DNA from: Sphyrna mokarran
Taxonomy: Eukaryota
Assembly: GCA_024679065.1 (NCBI GenBank)
Contig: JAGIQG010000016.1
Span: 50,158,001 to 50,222,000 of the forward strand
Direction of reading: 5' to 3'
DNA length: 64,000 nucleotides
The position numbers and the translations under genes were made by a program. Every line of letters starts with the position of its first letter. The first letter of the stretch is position 1. Below, piece by piece: positions 63,185 to 64,000 of this stretch. The notes under the pieces were generated by a model. It was not told where the DNA came from. It made no database searches and saw only the letters and a program-made list of their open reading frames with translations.

Positions 63185-64000
63185 CTGCAAAACAAAATTA
63201 TAATTACAATACTGTAAACTCAATGCCAGAACAGTTCACAGAGTACACAACTTGATTGTTTAGGGAGTGTGTATACCCATTTGGTTAAACATCCGGGAAG
63301 CTTTATTCCTATCATAAGGAACATTCAATCTACTCATGTGTCACGAGTAGCACTCAAAAACTGCTTCTGCTAGCAAGTATTTCATGTTTGCTTGTCTGTT
63401 TAAATTAGTCGGCCTCAAGGCACTCTTGGCAATTTTATCTCTTTGATGGTTTAATCCTGAATTAGAACACCAAAATTCATTAGCATCAATACCTCCCAAC
63501 TTGACTATTTCATTGCTATCTTGGCTGCACCTGACATTGCTCTGTGCCCCAACTCATTTCAAGTCCTCTATTGCCCCTGGGGGACTAAGAACAAAGAACA
63601 AAACAGCACAGGAAACAGGCCCTTCGGCTCAACGAGCCTACGCCGCCACCCTGATGTCCCCACCTCTACCCGCAATCCCTGTCCATGTTTATAGATCTAT
63701 GGATTAAAAACCAAATTTGAGACAATTTAGGGAGAATTTGTTTTGCCAATTAGCCTAAGAGCATATCTTTGGGATGTGGGAGGAAACCAGAGCACCCGGA
63801 GAAAACCCACGCAAGCATGGGGAGAATGCGCAAACTCCCACACGACTAGGGGGTGGCCGGAGGCGGAGGGGTTTATGCATTGAGTGCTCGTGACCTATAA
63901 CTCACTACCTACGAGGGTAGTGGAAGCAGAGGTAATCAATGATTTCAAAAAGTAATTAGATAGGCATTTGAGGGTTACTGAGGCAGAGAATAGAGGAAGC

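Noticed and set aside
606-63707. Remaining short ORFs in the track
   Set aside because: They are translations of SINE/LINE sequence or chance 60-110 aa frames.
34308-63845. Segmental duplication between 34308-34570 and 63587-63845
   Set aside because: Similarity is confined to the SINE body and the flanks differ, so these are independent insertions.

Overview
Eukaryotic genomic DNA, almost certainly from a shark (inferred from HE1/V-SINE, DeuSINE-like, CR1 and Penelope-like repeat content). The window holds the 3' part of one multi-exon gene on the minus strand. There are 17 coding exons (63184 down to a TGA stop at 11293; 3814 nt; all introns GT-AG and phase-consistent) encoding LRR-CT, 4 Ig domains, an animal haem peroxidase domain, a furin site, a coiled coil and a VWC domain, i.e. 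a peroxidasin-family protein. Diagnostic residues point to PXDNL rather than PXDN, yet the haem and catalytic residues lost in human PXDNL are intact. The 5' exons lie beyond position 64000. Exon numbers follow the 23-exon human PXDN/PXDNL layout as I recall it. The rest of the window is mostly decayed retroposons plus a two-gene Harbinger remnant. The most unusual structure is at 5330-6105: a Penelope-like insertion whose two inverted, hammerhead-motif-bearing arms enclose a 292-bp copy of neighbouring DNA (7489-7780), bounded by a 12-bp target-site duplication. Exon coordinates were read base by base; repeat boundaries are approximate and family names come from recall, not from a search.
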